Of a stretch of DNA of 42,877 nucleotides, positions 30,970-39,585 are shown piece by piece. Every line of letters begins with the position of its first letter. Position 1 is the stretch's first letter. The DNA comes from a virus, in the IMG/VR virus record IMGVR_UViG_3300029702_000014, positions 1 to 42,877 of that record; one strand, written 5' to 3'. The translations under genes were made by a program, and so were the position numbers. A model generated the notes under the pieces. The model saw only the letters and a program-made list of their open reading frames with translations, was not told the DNA's origin and searched no databases.

Positions 30970-33738
30970 TTGAGCGCCACCCTCGGGCTGGACGACAGCG
31001 CCTACCGGCAGGGCGTGGAAGAGGCAAAGTCGCAGACTAAGGACGCCGTCTCCACCATGATGAAGGATTATAATCGGCTGTACAGCGAGGTCATTCACCT
31101 TACGGCAGCCTACCAGAAATCACGGAAAGAGACCGGGGAAACCTCCGAAAAAACTAAGGAATTTGCCCAGAAGCTGAAAGAAGCTCAGGCCCAACTCAAT
31201 ACCACGGCACAGGGGCTAAGGACTGCGGAAGGGTACATGAACAGCTTTGGGGATGCCGCATCGGGGTCCAGCAAGTCTCTGGCCAGCGCCATTACGCAAG
31301 GCACGGTCATGGCGGGCTTTTTCTCAAAGCTCCACTCTGCCGCTCTTGCCGCTGCGAAAAGTCTCATCCAGAGCGGCATCGAGTACAACGCCCAAATCGA
31401 GAGCTACACTGTTGGGTTTACCAATATGCTTGGCAGCGCAGAAGCTGCACAACAGGCAATTGACCAGATTCAGCAGGATGCAGCACGCACGCCGTTCAGC
31501 GTGGAAGCTCTTACACAGGCAAATCAGTTGCTGATCGGCGCAGGTGAAAACGCCACCTACGCTGAAAAAACGATCATGGCGTTGGGCAATGCCGTATCGG
31601 CTACAGGCGGAAGCAATGCGGAGCTGTCCCGTATGGCAGCCAACTTACAGCAGATTGCCAATGTCGGCAAAGCCTCCGCAATCGACATCAAGCAGTTTGC
31701 TTATGCAGGCATCAATATTTACGGTCTGCTGGCCGACTACACAGGCAAGTCCACCGCCGAAGTGCAGAAAATGACTATCAGTTATGATCTTTTGACCCAG
31801 GCTTTGCAGGCCGCTTCCGAAGAGGGTGGGCGTTATTACGGCAGCATGGACACCCAAAGCCAGACCATGAACGGTCGAGTGTCCACACTGAAAGACAACG
31901 TTAAACAGCTGGCAGGCCTTATGACAGGTGATTTGTCCAGCGGCGTCGGCGTTGTAATCGGCAATCTAAACGACATGCTCGTCGCAGCACAGGAAGCCTA
32001 CAAAACCGACGGCTGGATTGGTCTTGCAGGCGCAATTACCGGGTTGAGCGGCCCAATTTCGTCCGTCAAATCCTGGTTTGAGGGCTTTGCTTCCAGTGCC
32101 TCCACCTGGCTGGACAAGCTGAGCTATAAGCTCAATCGCTTTCTGGGAAAAGCCGCCACAGCAGACTTCGATACTTACGAAGAGTACGCGGATGCAAATA
32201 ACCGGCAGAGCAACCGTAACAGGTTGCGGCAAAACGCACTAAAAGGTATCGGAATCAGTAACAAGAGCTGGTCGGAACGTCAGGCGGAACTTGCTGCGGC
32301 GGCGGGAAACGGCGGCAGCAGCATTACCACAGGCCCATCCAGTGCATCCGGCAAAAAGAAGTCATCCGGTTCTAAGTCCACCACCGAAACGGTCATTTCG
32401 TCCATCTCCAGCACGGCCACGACCACCGCACAGAATGCGCTTGGCACCGTGACCACCAGCATCCAGACCCTTACAGAGAAGGTCAAGGACAGCTCCGGAA
32501 AGATCAAAGACCGCATCACCGAGACCACCACCACGACCGGCAAGGAGATGGTGAACGGTGTTGCCACGACCTTTAAGCAGGTCGAGACCAAAGTCAACGG
32601 CACGGTCACAAAGGTCACAAAGACCTATGACGACATGTCAAAAACGCTGCTGGGCACCTTTACCAACGTCTCGGAAACCACCTTTGACGGAATCACCACA
32701 AAGGTGCAGCAGGCGGTGGAAAAGTACGCGGACGGCAGCGAGCATATCAAGAAGACTGTCACAGAGACCGGCCAGCGCATCGGCGAGAACGGCGCGGAGA
32801 CCTACGAGAAGATCATCACCTACATCGACGGCGTTCAAGATAAGGTGAACGAGACCTCTACTCTTATCGACAAGAGCGTAAAGGGCACCCAGAGCCGCAT
32901 TGACCAGCAGCTGAGCGAGGCTTCCGGCCAGCTGGATAAGGGCATTTTTGGGCTGGTAAAAAGCGCCTTTAGTGATGCCAAAAACGGTGACTGGGGCGGT
33001 CTAGCTCTGGATTTTGTCAATTTGATCTGGGGCGAAGTATCGCAGGATCAGCGTGACGTGATCTCTAAGTGGCTTGTGGACGCGCTGACCGCGGTCAATG
33101 AGGGCTATTCGGGCGGTGGAATCAGCAAGGCGCTGGGGTCTATCCAGAGCATCTTCACAAACGGCATTACTGCCGGAGTGGATGGCGCCACTACGTCTGT
33201 AAAGGCGTTCTCTGAGATCGTGCAGGGCCTTGCAAGCTCCGGCGGCGTGGGCGGAGCGCTAGGCGGCATCGTCCAGAGCTTTTCCGGCATGGCAGGCGGC
33301 ATCACCTCTGCACTGGGCGGCATCGTGTCCTTTGTGACAGCGAACCCCGTCCTTGCCCTGATCCTAGGCGTGGGTGCTGCGGGCGCAGTCGCTGGCGGCA
33401 TCGGCCTTGCTATGTGGATGAACAAAAAGAACGACCAGCAGCCCGTCAGCCACTATCAGAGCCCCTTTGACAAGACCGGCGTGTACGACAGCCTGAGCGA
33501 GTTCTCCACCCGCTCTGCCATGCAGTACCGCGTTACCGGCCAGCAGTCCATTGTTGACCGGCAGACCAGCATTCTGGAACGCATCGAGGGGATGCTGGAC
33601 GAGCATCTGCCAGACATCGGCAAGGGTCAGGTAGTCATGGATTCCGGAGAGCTTGTGGGTGTTTTGTCTCCGCGCATGGCAAATAATGTAGATCTGCACA
33701 TCGGTGTTGCAGTGACCCGGAAAGCGAGGGGCGTATAA
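30970..33738 (+). CDS. Tape measure protein. The start may be CTG 30955.
   Basis: 922 aa, long helical region, C-terminal hydrophobic Gly/Ala-rich segments. RBS GGGGGTGA lies 6 nt before CTG 30955, which would give an MKLFEL-type N-terminus. Confidence 0.85.
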   Translation: MSATLGLDDSAYRQGVEEAKSQTKDAVSTMMKDYNRLYSEVIHLTAAYQKSRKETGETSEKTKEFAQKLKEAQAQLNTTAQGLRTAEGYMNSFGDAASGSSKSLASAITQGTVMAGFFSKLHSAALAAAKSLIQSGIEYNAQIESYTVGFTNMLGSAEAAQQAIDQIQQDAARTPFSVEALTQANQLLIGAGENATYAEKTIMALGNAVSATGGSNAELSRMAANLQQIANVGKASAIDIKQFAYAGINIYGLLADYTGKSTAEVQKMTISYDLLTQALQAASEEGGRYYGSMDTQSQTMNGRVSTLKDNVKQLAGLMTGDLSSGVGVVIGNLNDMLVAAQEAYKTDGWIGLAGAITGLSGPISSVKSWFEGFASSASTWLDKLSYKLNRFLGKAATADFDTYEEYADANNRQSNRNRLRQNALKGIGISNKSWSERQAELAAAAGNGGSSITTGPSSASGKKKSSGSKSTTETVISSISSTATTTAQNALGTVTTSIQTLTEKVKDSSGKIKDRITETTTTTGKEMVNGVATTFKQVETKVNGTVTKVTKTYDDMSKTLLGTFTNVSETTFDGITTKVQQAVEKYADGSEHIKKTVTETGQRIGENGAETYEKIITYIDGVQDKVNETSTLIDKSVKGTQSRIDQQLSEASGQLDKGIFGLVKSAFSDAKNGDWGGLALDFVNLIWGEVSQDQRDVISKWLVDALTAVNEGYSGGGISKALGSIQSIFTNGITAGVDGATTSVKAFSEIVQGLASSGGVGGALGGIVQSFSGMAGGITSALGGIVSFVTANPVLALILGVGAAGAVAGGIGLAMWMNKKNDQQPVSHYQSPFDKTGVYDSLSEFSTRSAMQYRVTGQQSIVDRQTSILERIEGMLDEHLPDIGKGQVVMDSGELVGVLSPRMANNVDLHIGVAVTRKARGV

Positions 33739-34478
33739 TGGCAAAGCTGCAAGGCGCAAAAATCGGCGATTACCACACCCTCACAGACTGGGGTCTGTAT
33801 CTCAAAGTTGGCAGCCCGAAGATCAGCGATGCAGAGGTAGACGAGCATCTGGTGCAGGTGCCCGGCTCTGATACGCTGCTCAACCTGACGGATGCACTGG
33901 ATGGCCGCCCGCACTACAAAAAGCGTACCATCACCATGGAGCTGCTGTGCAGGGCACCAAAAAAGACCTGGTCGAATCTTTACAGTCAGATCGCAAACGC
34001 CATCCATGGCAAATGGCTACAGTGCAAATTCGACGATGACCCGTCTTTCTATTGGGAGGGGCTGTGGAGCGTGTCTATGACACGCAACAGGTTTTCCAGT
34101 GCATTCACCATCACGGGCACCTGTGATCCATTCAAGCGCAGCGTGTACGACGGCTCTGATGACTGGCTGTGGGATGACCTTGTATTTGATACGGCAATTA
34201 TCCGCAATTATACGGATATCCAGCTCAAAGCCAACGAGGACATCACCGTAACCGTCACCGGTGCACCAAGAGCGGCCGGCATCTACTTCAAGCGCAGCGA
34301 GACCGCCGCCGACATTGCGGTGTCTCTCAATGGCCTTGAGGTTGGCATCCTTGCAAAGTCTACAGAGTGGCAGTACATTGAGGGCTTGCATATGCCGGAT
34401 GGCGTTGTAGGTACTCTCATCTTTGCGGCGTCTGCGGATTGCAGCATCAGCATCCGATATCTAGGGGGCAGCTTATGA
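33738..34478 (+). CDS. Distal tail protein (Dit)
   Basis: 246 aa directly after the tape measure gene. N-terminus GAKIGDYHTLTDWGLYL is typical. Confidence 0.7.
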   Translation: MAKLQGAKIGDYHTLTDWGLYLKVGSPKISDAEVDEHLVQVPGSDTLLNLTDALDGRPHYKKRTITMELLCRAPKKTWSNLYSQIANAIHGKWLQCKFDDDPSFYWEGLWSVSMTRNRFSSAFTITGTCDPFKRSVYDGSDDWLWDDLVFDTAIIRNYTDIQLKANEDITVTVTGAPRAAGIYFKRSETAADIAVSLNGLEVGILAKSTEWQYIEGLHMPDGVVGTLIFAASADCSISIRYLGGSL

Positions 34479-36148
34479 GCTATAAAGTTTATGCAGGCGT
34501 CCAGACCGGCGTTGACGTGTGGGAGACAAAGACTTGCATTTACGACCCAACAGACTACACGGACACAAAAAAGCTCATCAGTCCAACTCTGACACGGGAG
34601 GTGGGCAAGGCCGGTAGCTTGGAATTCACCCTGCCGCTTGGCAATGTGGCTCACTCAGCTTTGCAAAAAATGCGCACGACTGTGTCCGTAGAACAAGACG
34701 GTGTGCGCATCTGGGAGGGCAGGCCCATGAGCCATGAGCAGGATTTTATGCTGCGTCAAAAAGTCTTTTGCGAGGGAGAGCTGGCCTACCTCAACGACAG
34801 TTCCGTTGCGCCATATACAGCCAAAGACGTGACAATCAAGCAATTTCTTTCGTTCCTGCTGGAAAATCATACCGGCATGGTGGACGCATACAAGGCGTTT
34901 ACCTGTGGAAATGTTGGCTTTCCGAGCACCAACGTGGTGGTTCCAGAACTGCATAACTGCGTGATGAAACTAGACTACATGGCAGGTACTCCGGACAGTG
35001 ACGGCGATTATAGGTATGAATATGGACTTTATACCTCATCCGGCGTTCAACTTGTGAGCCAATATGAAGCTGGCTTCTCGGATGACGACACGGCCCCGGA
35101 TCCATCTGCGTACAGATGGACGCTGAACGTAAAGCATGAAGCCTCTTCCATTGACGGATACATTTGGCGCACTGGAGAAGGCCTTTTTTCCGTGAGCGTA
35201 AACGCGGCTTTATCCTTGGATGGGGACGGCCAGACGCACGAAGCCACGCAAAGAACGGTTACGCCGGATATCACATGCGCTACGCACTCAAAATCCTTTC
35301 CGCCTGAGACGGAATACAATCTCAAAGACACGGTCTCGAAAAAATGGAAAATTGAAAAGCAGGGAGACGGTTATGCCGTCCTGTTCAACGGTGCAGCCCT
35401 GCCGGATTCTTCCGTGGTCCGTTACGATTCTGCGCCACGGTACACCTTTGGCGACGGACAAAATTTTGGCGTTACATGGGATGTCATCCAAAATGAGCTT
35501 GTGGAAGTGTACGGCGGGTATCTGATCGTCCGGCACGAAAACGGGGCCAGGTATCTGGACTACGTCCGGGAAGTGCAGGAGAAAAACGGGCAGCCCATCG
35601 CATTCGGCACAAACCTGCTTGACCTGAACAGCTACGTCAAAGCAGAGGATATCGTTACCCGTGTGATTGCAGTGGGCAAAAAAAAGTCCGGATGGTTTTT
35701 GTGGAGGCACGAAAGTACGATCACTGCCACCGCAAACGACACCGCGGCCCAAAAGCTCTTTGGCATCATCACAAGGATCATCGTGATCGACGGCACCGCC
35801 AGCACAACACAGTCGCTTCTGGATGCCGCCAACGCGGAGCTGTCCAAAAACTTGCGTTATCTCGACGGAATCACGGTAAAGGCTGTGGACCTCAAGGATG
35901 CCGGTGTGGATATCGCCCGCCTTGGCTTTGGCAAGATGACACACATCTACTCCAACCCGCACGGGGTGAACACCTGGCTTTTGTGCTCTAAGATTGTGGA
36001 GCCTTTGGACGCGCCGGACAAAAAAGAATTCACGCTGGGCATTGATTTCTCCAGCGTCAGCGACTTGCAGGCCCTGAGCGCACGAAAAGCCAGTGACGCC
36101 TATGACCTGAGCCGCTCGCTGAAGGGCTATGCATCCGCAAAGGGGTGA
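34475..36148 (+). CDS. Tail-associated / baseplate hub protein (Tal, prophage-tail family)
   Basis: ATGA overlap with the previous gene. 557 aa. Position after Dit. Confidence 0.7.
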   Translation: MSYKVYAGVQTGVDVWETKTCIYDPTDYTDTKKLISPTLTREVGKAGSLEFTLPLGNVAHSALQKMRTTVSVEQDGVRIWEGRPMSHEQDFMLRQKVFCEGELAYLNDSSVAPYTAKDVTIKQFLSFLLENHTGMVDAYKAFTCGNVGFPSTNVVVPELHNCVMKLDYMAGTPDSDGDYRYEYGLYTSSGVQLVSQYEAGFSDDDTAPDPSAYRWTLNVKHEASSIDGYIWRTGEGLFSVSVNAALSLDGDGQTHEATQRTVTPDITCATHSKSFPPETEYNLKDTVSKKWKIEKQGDGYAVLFNGAALPDSSVVRYDSAPRYTFGDGQNFGVTWDVIQNELVEVYGGYLIVRHENGARYLDYVREVQEKNGQPIAFGTNLLDLNSYVKAEDIVTRVIAVGKKKSGWFLWRHESTITATANDTAAQKLFGIITRIIVIDGTASTTQSLLDAANAELSKNLRYLDGITVKAVDLKDAGVDIARLGFGKMTHIYSNPHGVNTWLLCSKIVEPLDAPDKKEFTLGIDFSSVSDLQALSARKASDAYDLSRSLKGYASAKG

Positions 36149-36152
36149 TAAA

Positions 36153-36842
36153 TTGGATAAGACATTTGACGAAGCAATTTCCGAAGTCCGCAATGCAGAG
36201 CGCGGCGTGGAAGTACGGGAAGCCCTTGCACAGGGCTTTGAGTATGTGAAGCAGTATGGCGAGGCTGTTATCGCGCGGCAGGAAGAAGCCGTTCAGAGTG
36301 CGGAAACAGCTACAAACGCGGCGGCAACTGCCACAGCACAGGCCGCCGCAGCAGCCCAGACAGTCAAAGACGCCACTGCAAACGCCATAAGCGCAGCGCA
36401 AGAGCAGGCAGGTATTTCGACATCGAAAGCCGAGGAATCTGCTTCCAGTGCCGCAGGAGCAGCGGCCAGTCAAACTGCTGCCGCATCTAGTGCATCTGCC
36501 GCAAAGGCCAGCGAGGAAGCAGCTGCAAAGAGTGCCGCCGACGCAAAGGTTATCGTGTCCACTGACACGACCCTGACCGTATCGGGTGCACCGGCTGACG
36601 CAAAGGCGACCGGCGACGCCCTGGCTCAGAGGTATCGCAAGGACGAGGCCGACGCCAAGTTCGGCACGCCTGCCACGGCTGACCAGCTAGGCCCCGTAAA
36701 AGTTGGCGCTGGCCTCGGCGTGACAAGCGACGGCACCCTGAGCGTGACCAGCGTCAACGGCTTTACGGTCAAGGCGCAGACCACCGACCCCGGCGTGGGC
36801 AGCGCTCTCGACACAGGCACTGTCCTGCTGGTGTACGCATAA
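36153..36842 (+). CDS. Ala-rich coiled-coil fibre-like protein
   Basis: RBS AAGGGGTGA lies 4 nt before TTG. Contains TLTVSGAPADAKATGDAL. Confidence 0.6.
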   Translation: MDKTFDEAISEVRNAERGVEVREALAQGFEYVKQYGEAVIARQEEAVQSAETATNAAATATAQAAAAAQTVKDATANAISAAQEQAGISTSKAEESASSAAGAAASQTAAASSASAAKASEEAAAKSAADAKVIVSTDTTLTVSGAPADAKATGDALAQRYRKDEADAKFGTPATADQLGPVKVGAGLGVTSDGTLSVTSVNGFTVKAQTTDPGVGSALDTGTVLLVYA

Positions 36843-36854
36843 GGAGGTGGGCGC

Positions 36855-37664
36855 ATGAGCATCTATCTCGGCGCCGGGAGCACGGCACACAAAATGTCTA
36901 AACTCTATGTGGGCGTGGGCGGTCAGGCCCGGCAGGTGCAAAAGGTGTACGTCGGCATAAATGGTCAAGCCCGGCTCGTCTATCAAAGCGGCAGCCCCAT
37001 AGGCAGTCTGGCCGTGGGCAGCATCATTAAAATCAAAGTTAACGGTACATCCACGGACTTCATTGCTGTTCATCAAGGCAACCCGAGCGCAAGCGTTTAC
37101 GACAACTCGTGCAATGGAACGTGGCTGCTGATGAAAGACAGCTACAACTATATGAAGTGGAACGCAGTCTACGAAAACGACTACGCGAGTTCAGATATCA
37201 ACTCTTGGCTGAACGGCACGTTCTATAACCTTATCGACGCGGATATTCGCGCCGTGATCAAACAGGTAAAGATTCCGTATCACGGTAGTCCACTTTACGC
37301 CGGCACACTTCACACCGGCGCAAACGGTCTGAACACGAAGGTGTTCCTGCTGTCCGGCATCGAGGTTGGTTGGACGAACAGAACCAACGAATATTTCCCC
37401 AATGATGGCGCTAAACTGTCCTATTTTCTCGCTGGCACCGGAACAAATGAGAATAAAAAGCGCGTTGCCTATCGGAACGGCAGTGCTCAAGACTGGTATC
37501 TGCGTTCCCCACGCATCATAAACACGAGCGCGAACAATGTCTGGAAAGTCGCGGACAATGGCTCCTACGACTACGACAGTTGCGTCAACTCGAACGATAT
37601 TCGCCCCGCTTTGATCATGCCGTCCACCACGCTGGTGGACGAGAATGGTAGCGTGATGGTATAA
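36855..37664 (+). CDS. DUF6273-like tail-associated protein, candidate receptor-binding protein
   Basis: RBS AAGGAGGTGG. Motifs KVFLLSGIEVG...WYLRSP...IRPALIM. Confidence 0.6.
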   Translation: MSIYLGAGSTAHKMSKLYVGVGGQARQVQKVYVGINGQARLVYQSGSPIGSLAVGSIIKIKVNGTSTDFIAVHQGNPSASVYDNSCNGTWLLMKDSYNYMKWNAVYENDYASSDINSWLNGTFYNLIDADIRAVIKQVKIPYHGSPLYAGTLHTGANGLNTKVFLLSGIEVGWTNRTNEYFPNDGAKLSYFLAGTGTNENKKRVAYRNGSAQDWYLRSPRIINTSANNVWKVADNGSYDYDSCVNSNDIRPALIMPSTTLVDENGSVMV

Positions 37665-37675
37665 GGAGGTACTGT

Positions 37676-38014
37676 ATGGACAACAAAATCGAGCCCGGTT
37701 ACGCCGCTTCGGTGGCAAAAGCCGATTACACCGCCATTGCGCAGGCCGTGAGCGAGCACAACGATGCCGCGGCAACCGGCGAGCACTACTGGGGCATCGC
37801 CCTGGCAGACGGCACCTACATGGTGTACGAGGCGGGCACGGTACCACCCCCGCCGACCGCCGAAGAGCTGGCCCAGCGTGAAAAGGAAAAGCAGGAAGCC
37901 CAGCAGCGGAAGGAAGCGCTGGACAAGCTGCCTCAGACGTTGGAAGCGCAGAAAAAAGAAAATGAGATGCTTCGGCAGTGCTTGCTGGAAATGAGCGAGA
38001 CTGTCTATGCATAA
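37676..38014 (+). CDS. Hypothetical protein
   Basis: RBS AAGGAGGT. 112 aa. Confidence 0.6.
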   Translation: MDNKIEPGYAASVAKADYTAIAQAVSEHNDAAATGEHYWGIALADGTYMVYEAGTVPPPPTAEELAQREKEKQEAQQRKEALDKLPQTLEAQKKENEMLRQCLLEMSETVYA

Positions 38015-38192
38015 AATCACACAAAGAATCGAAAGGATGGTATTTATGATGGCAATGCTGTGGACACAGGAGATTATGTCTGCTGAGACTGTCGAGGAGG
38101 CAAAGGCGCTGTATAAGCGCTGCCCGCGCCTGCTGAAGGAGAAGGTCAAGGCACTGCTCATCAAGAGCGGCTTTGAGGAAATCACGCAGTAA
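38007..38192 (+). CDS. Small hypothetical protein (alternative start at 38046)
   Basis: Weak RBS at 38007. AAAGGATGG lies 5 nt before ATG 38046. Confidence 0.4.
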   Translation: MHKITQRIERMVFMMAMLWTQEIMSAETVEEAKALYKRCPRLLKEKVKALLIKSGFEEITQ

Positions 38193-38202
38193 GGAGGACG
38201 CT

Positions 38203-38877
38203 ATGGCTGAAATCATGGATGTGTCCCGGCATCAGGGCGCAATCAACTGGGACAAGGTCAAGGCAAGCGGCAAGGTGGACGGCGTGATGATTCGCGCCAT
38301 GGGCAACAGCGCAGAGGGCAGACCCAGTGCGCCCTACACTGACCCGCAGTTTGCCCGCAACTACGCAGAATGCAAGCGGCTGGGCATCCCCTGCGGCGTG
38401 TACGGCTACTTCAAAGCAGTCAGCCTGGAGCAGGCTGACAAGGAGCTTGCCTACTTCAAGAAGCTGCTCACCGGCCGGAGCTTTGAGCTGCCGGTGGCCG
38501 TGGACATCGAGGACGATGTGCAGCAGCCGTTGGGCAAGGCCGCGCTGACCGACCTGACAGCTTACATGCTGAGCACAGTGGAAAGCTGGGGCGTGTACGC
38601 TCTTCTGTACACCGGCCTGTGGTTTGGCAACGCCTTCCTGTACATGGGCGGCGCGGCGCTGAAGTCCTACGACGTGTGGCTGGCTGCCTACCGCACAAAG
38701 AAGCCTGCTCCCAGCTGGCCTTTTGGCATGTGGCAGTACACTAGCACGGCGCATATCCCGGGCGTTGTGGATGCAATTCCGGGCAAAGCCACCAACGTGG
38801 ACATGTCCCACGCATACAAGGACTATGCGGGTATCATCAGCAAGAAGGGTCTGACCCGTCTCCGGGAGGGCAAATGA
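38203..38877 (+). CDS. Endolysin, glycoside hydrolase family 25 muramidase
   Basis: RBS AAGGAGGA. N-terminal signature DVSRHQGAINWDKVKASGKVDGVMIRA. Confidence 0.85.
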   Translation: MAEIMDVSRHQGAINWDKVKASGKVDGVMIRAMGNSAEGRPSAPYTDPQFARNYAECKRLGIPCGVYGYFKAVSLEQADKELAYFKKLLTGRSFELPVAVDIEDDVQQPLGKAALTDLTAYMLSTVESWGVYALLYTGLWFGNAFLYMGGAALKSYDVWLAAYRTKKPAPSWPFGMWQYTSTAHIPGVVDAIPGKATNVDMSHAYKDYAGIISKKGLTRLREGK

Positions 38878-39263
38878 CCGAAAAAGAAGCTCTCCTGTGG
38901 GTGCTTGGCATCTTGGGCAGCCTGTGCGCTGCGGCCATCACCATCGACAAGGTGCTGGACATCATCCACAAGTACGTCAAAAAGGCACAGGCCCCCGACG
39001 ATGCGCAGAACAAACGCATTGACGCCATTGAAAAGCGACTGGCTGCGGTAGAAACCGTTTCCACACAGCACGCCGCGGCCCTTAGACGCGACATGACGCG
39101 ATTTGACGGCCTCGATGAAGAAATGCGTCTCGTACTCGTTGGCGTACAAAATCTTTTGGATTCGCAGCTGTCCGGCAACAACCGCGAAGGTATGCAAAAA
39201 AGCAAATCCGATATCAACAACTACCTGCTGAAAGGAGTAACAAGTCATGGAAGCAATGCTTAA
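38874..39263 (+). CDS. N-terminally membrane-anchored coiled-coil protein in the lysis cassette
   Basis: ATGA overlap with the endolysin gene. TM segment ALLWVLGILGSLCAAAITI. Confidence 0.6.
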   Translation: MTEKEALLWVLGILGSLCAAAITIDKVLDIIHKYVKKAQAPDDAQNKRIDAIEKRLAAVETVSTQHAAALRRDMTRFDGLDEEMRLVLVGVQNLLDSQLSGNNREGMQKSKSDINNYLLKGVTSHGSNA

Positions 39264-39582
39264 CTTTATCCCCACCCCTGTCGCCCTGGTTCTGATGGCC
39301 CTGGGCTTTGTGTCTCTGGCCGTTGGTGCCATTCGGCTGGGCTATAAGCAGTACGTCAAGCAGTGGGCACTGGAGCTCGTGACCCTGGCAGAAAACAGCA
39401 TCATGGGCAGCGGTCAGGGTGCCAAGAAAAAGGCCCAGGTCTTTGCGGCCCTCCGCTCCGCTCTGCCTGACTGGCTGAAGCCTTTCATCACCGATGAAGT
39501 GCTGGACAGCGTAATCGAAAAGGCCGTCAGCATGATGAAAAAGGCACTGGCAGAAAAGAAGCCTACCATCAACAAGGAGTAA
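39247..39582 (+). CDS. Holin, LL-H-like
   Basis: RBS AAGGAG. An N-terminal TM segment followed by an amphipathic helical domain ending IEKAVSMMKKA. Confidence 0.6.
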   Translation: MEAMLNFIPTPVALVLMALGFVSLAVGAIRLGYKQYVKQWALELVTLAENSIMGSGQGAKKKAQVFAALRSALPDWLKPFITDEVLDSVIEKAVSMMKKALAEKKPTINKE

Positions 39583-39585
39583 AGC

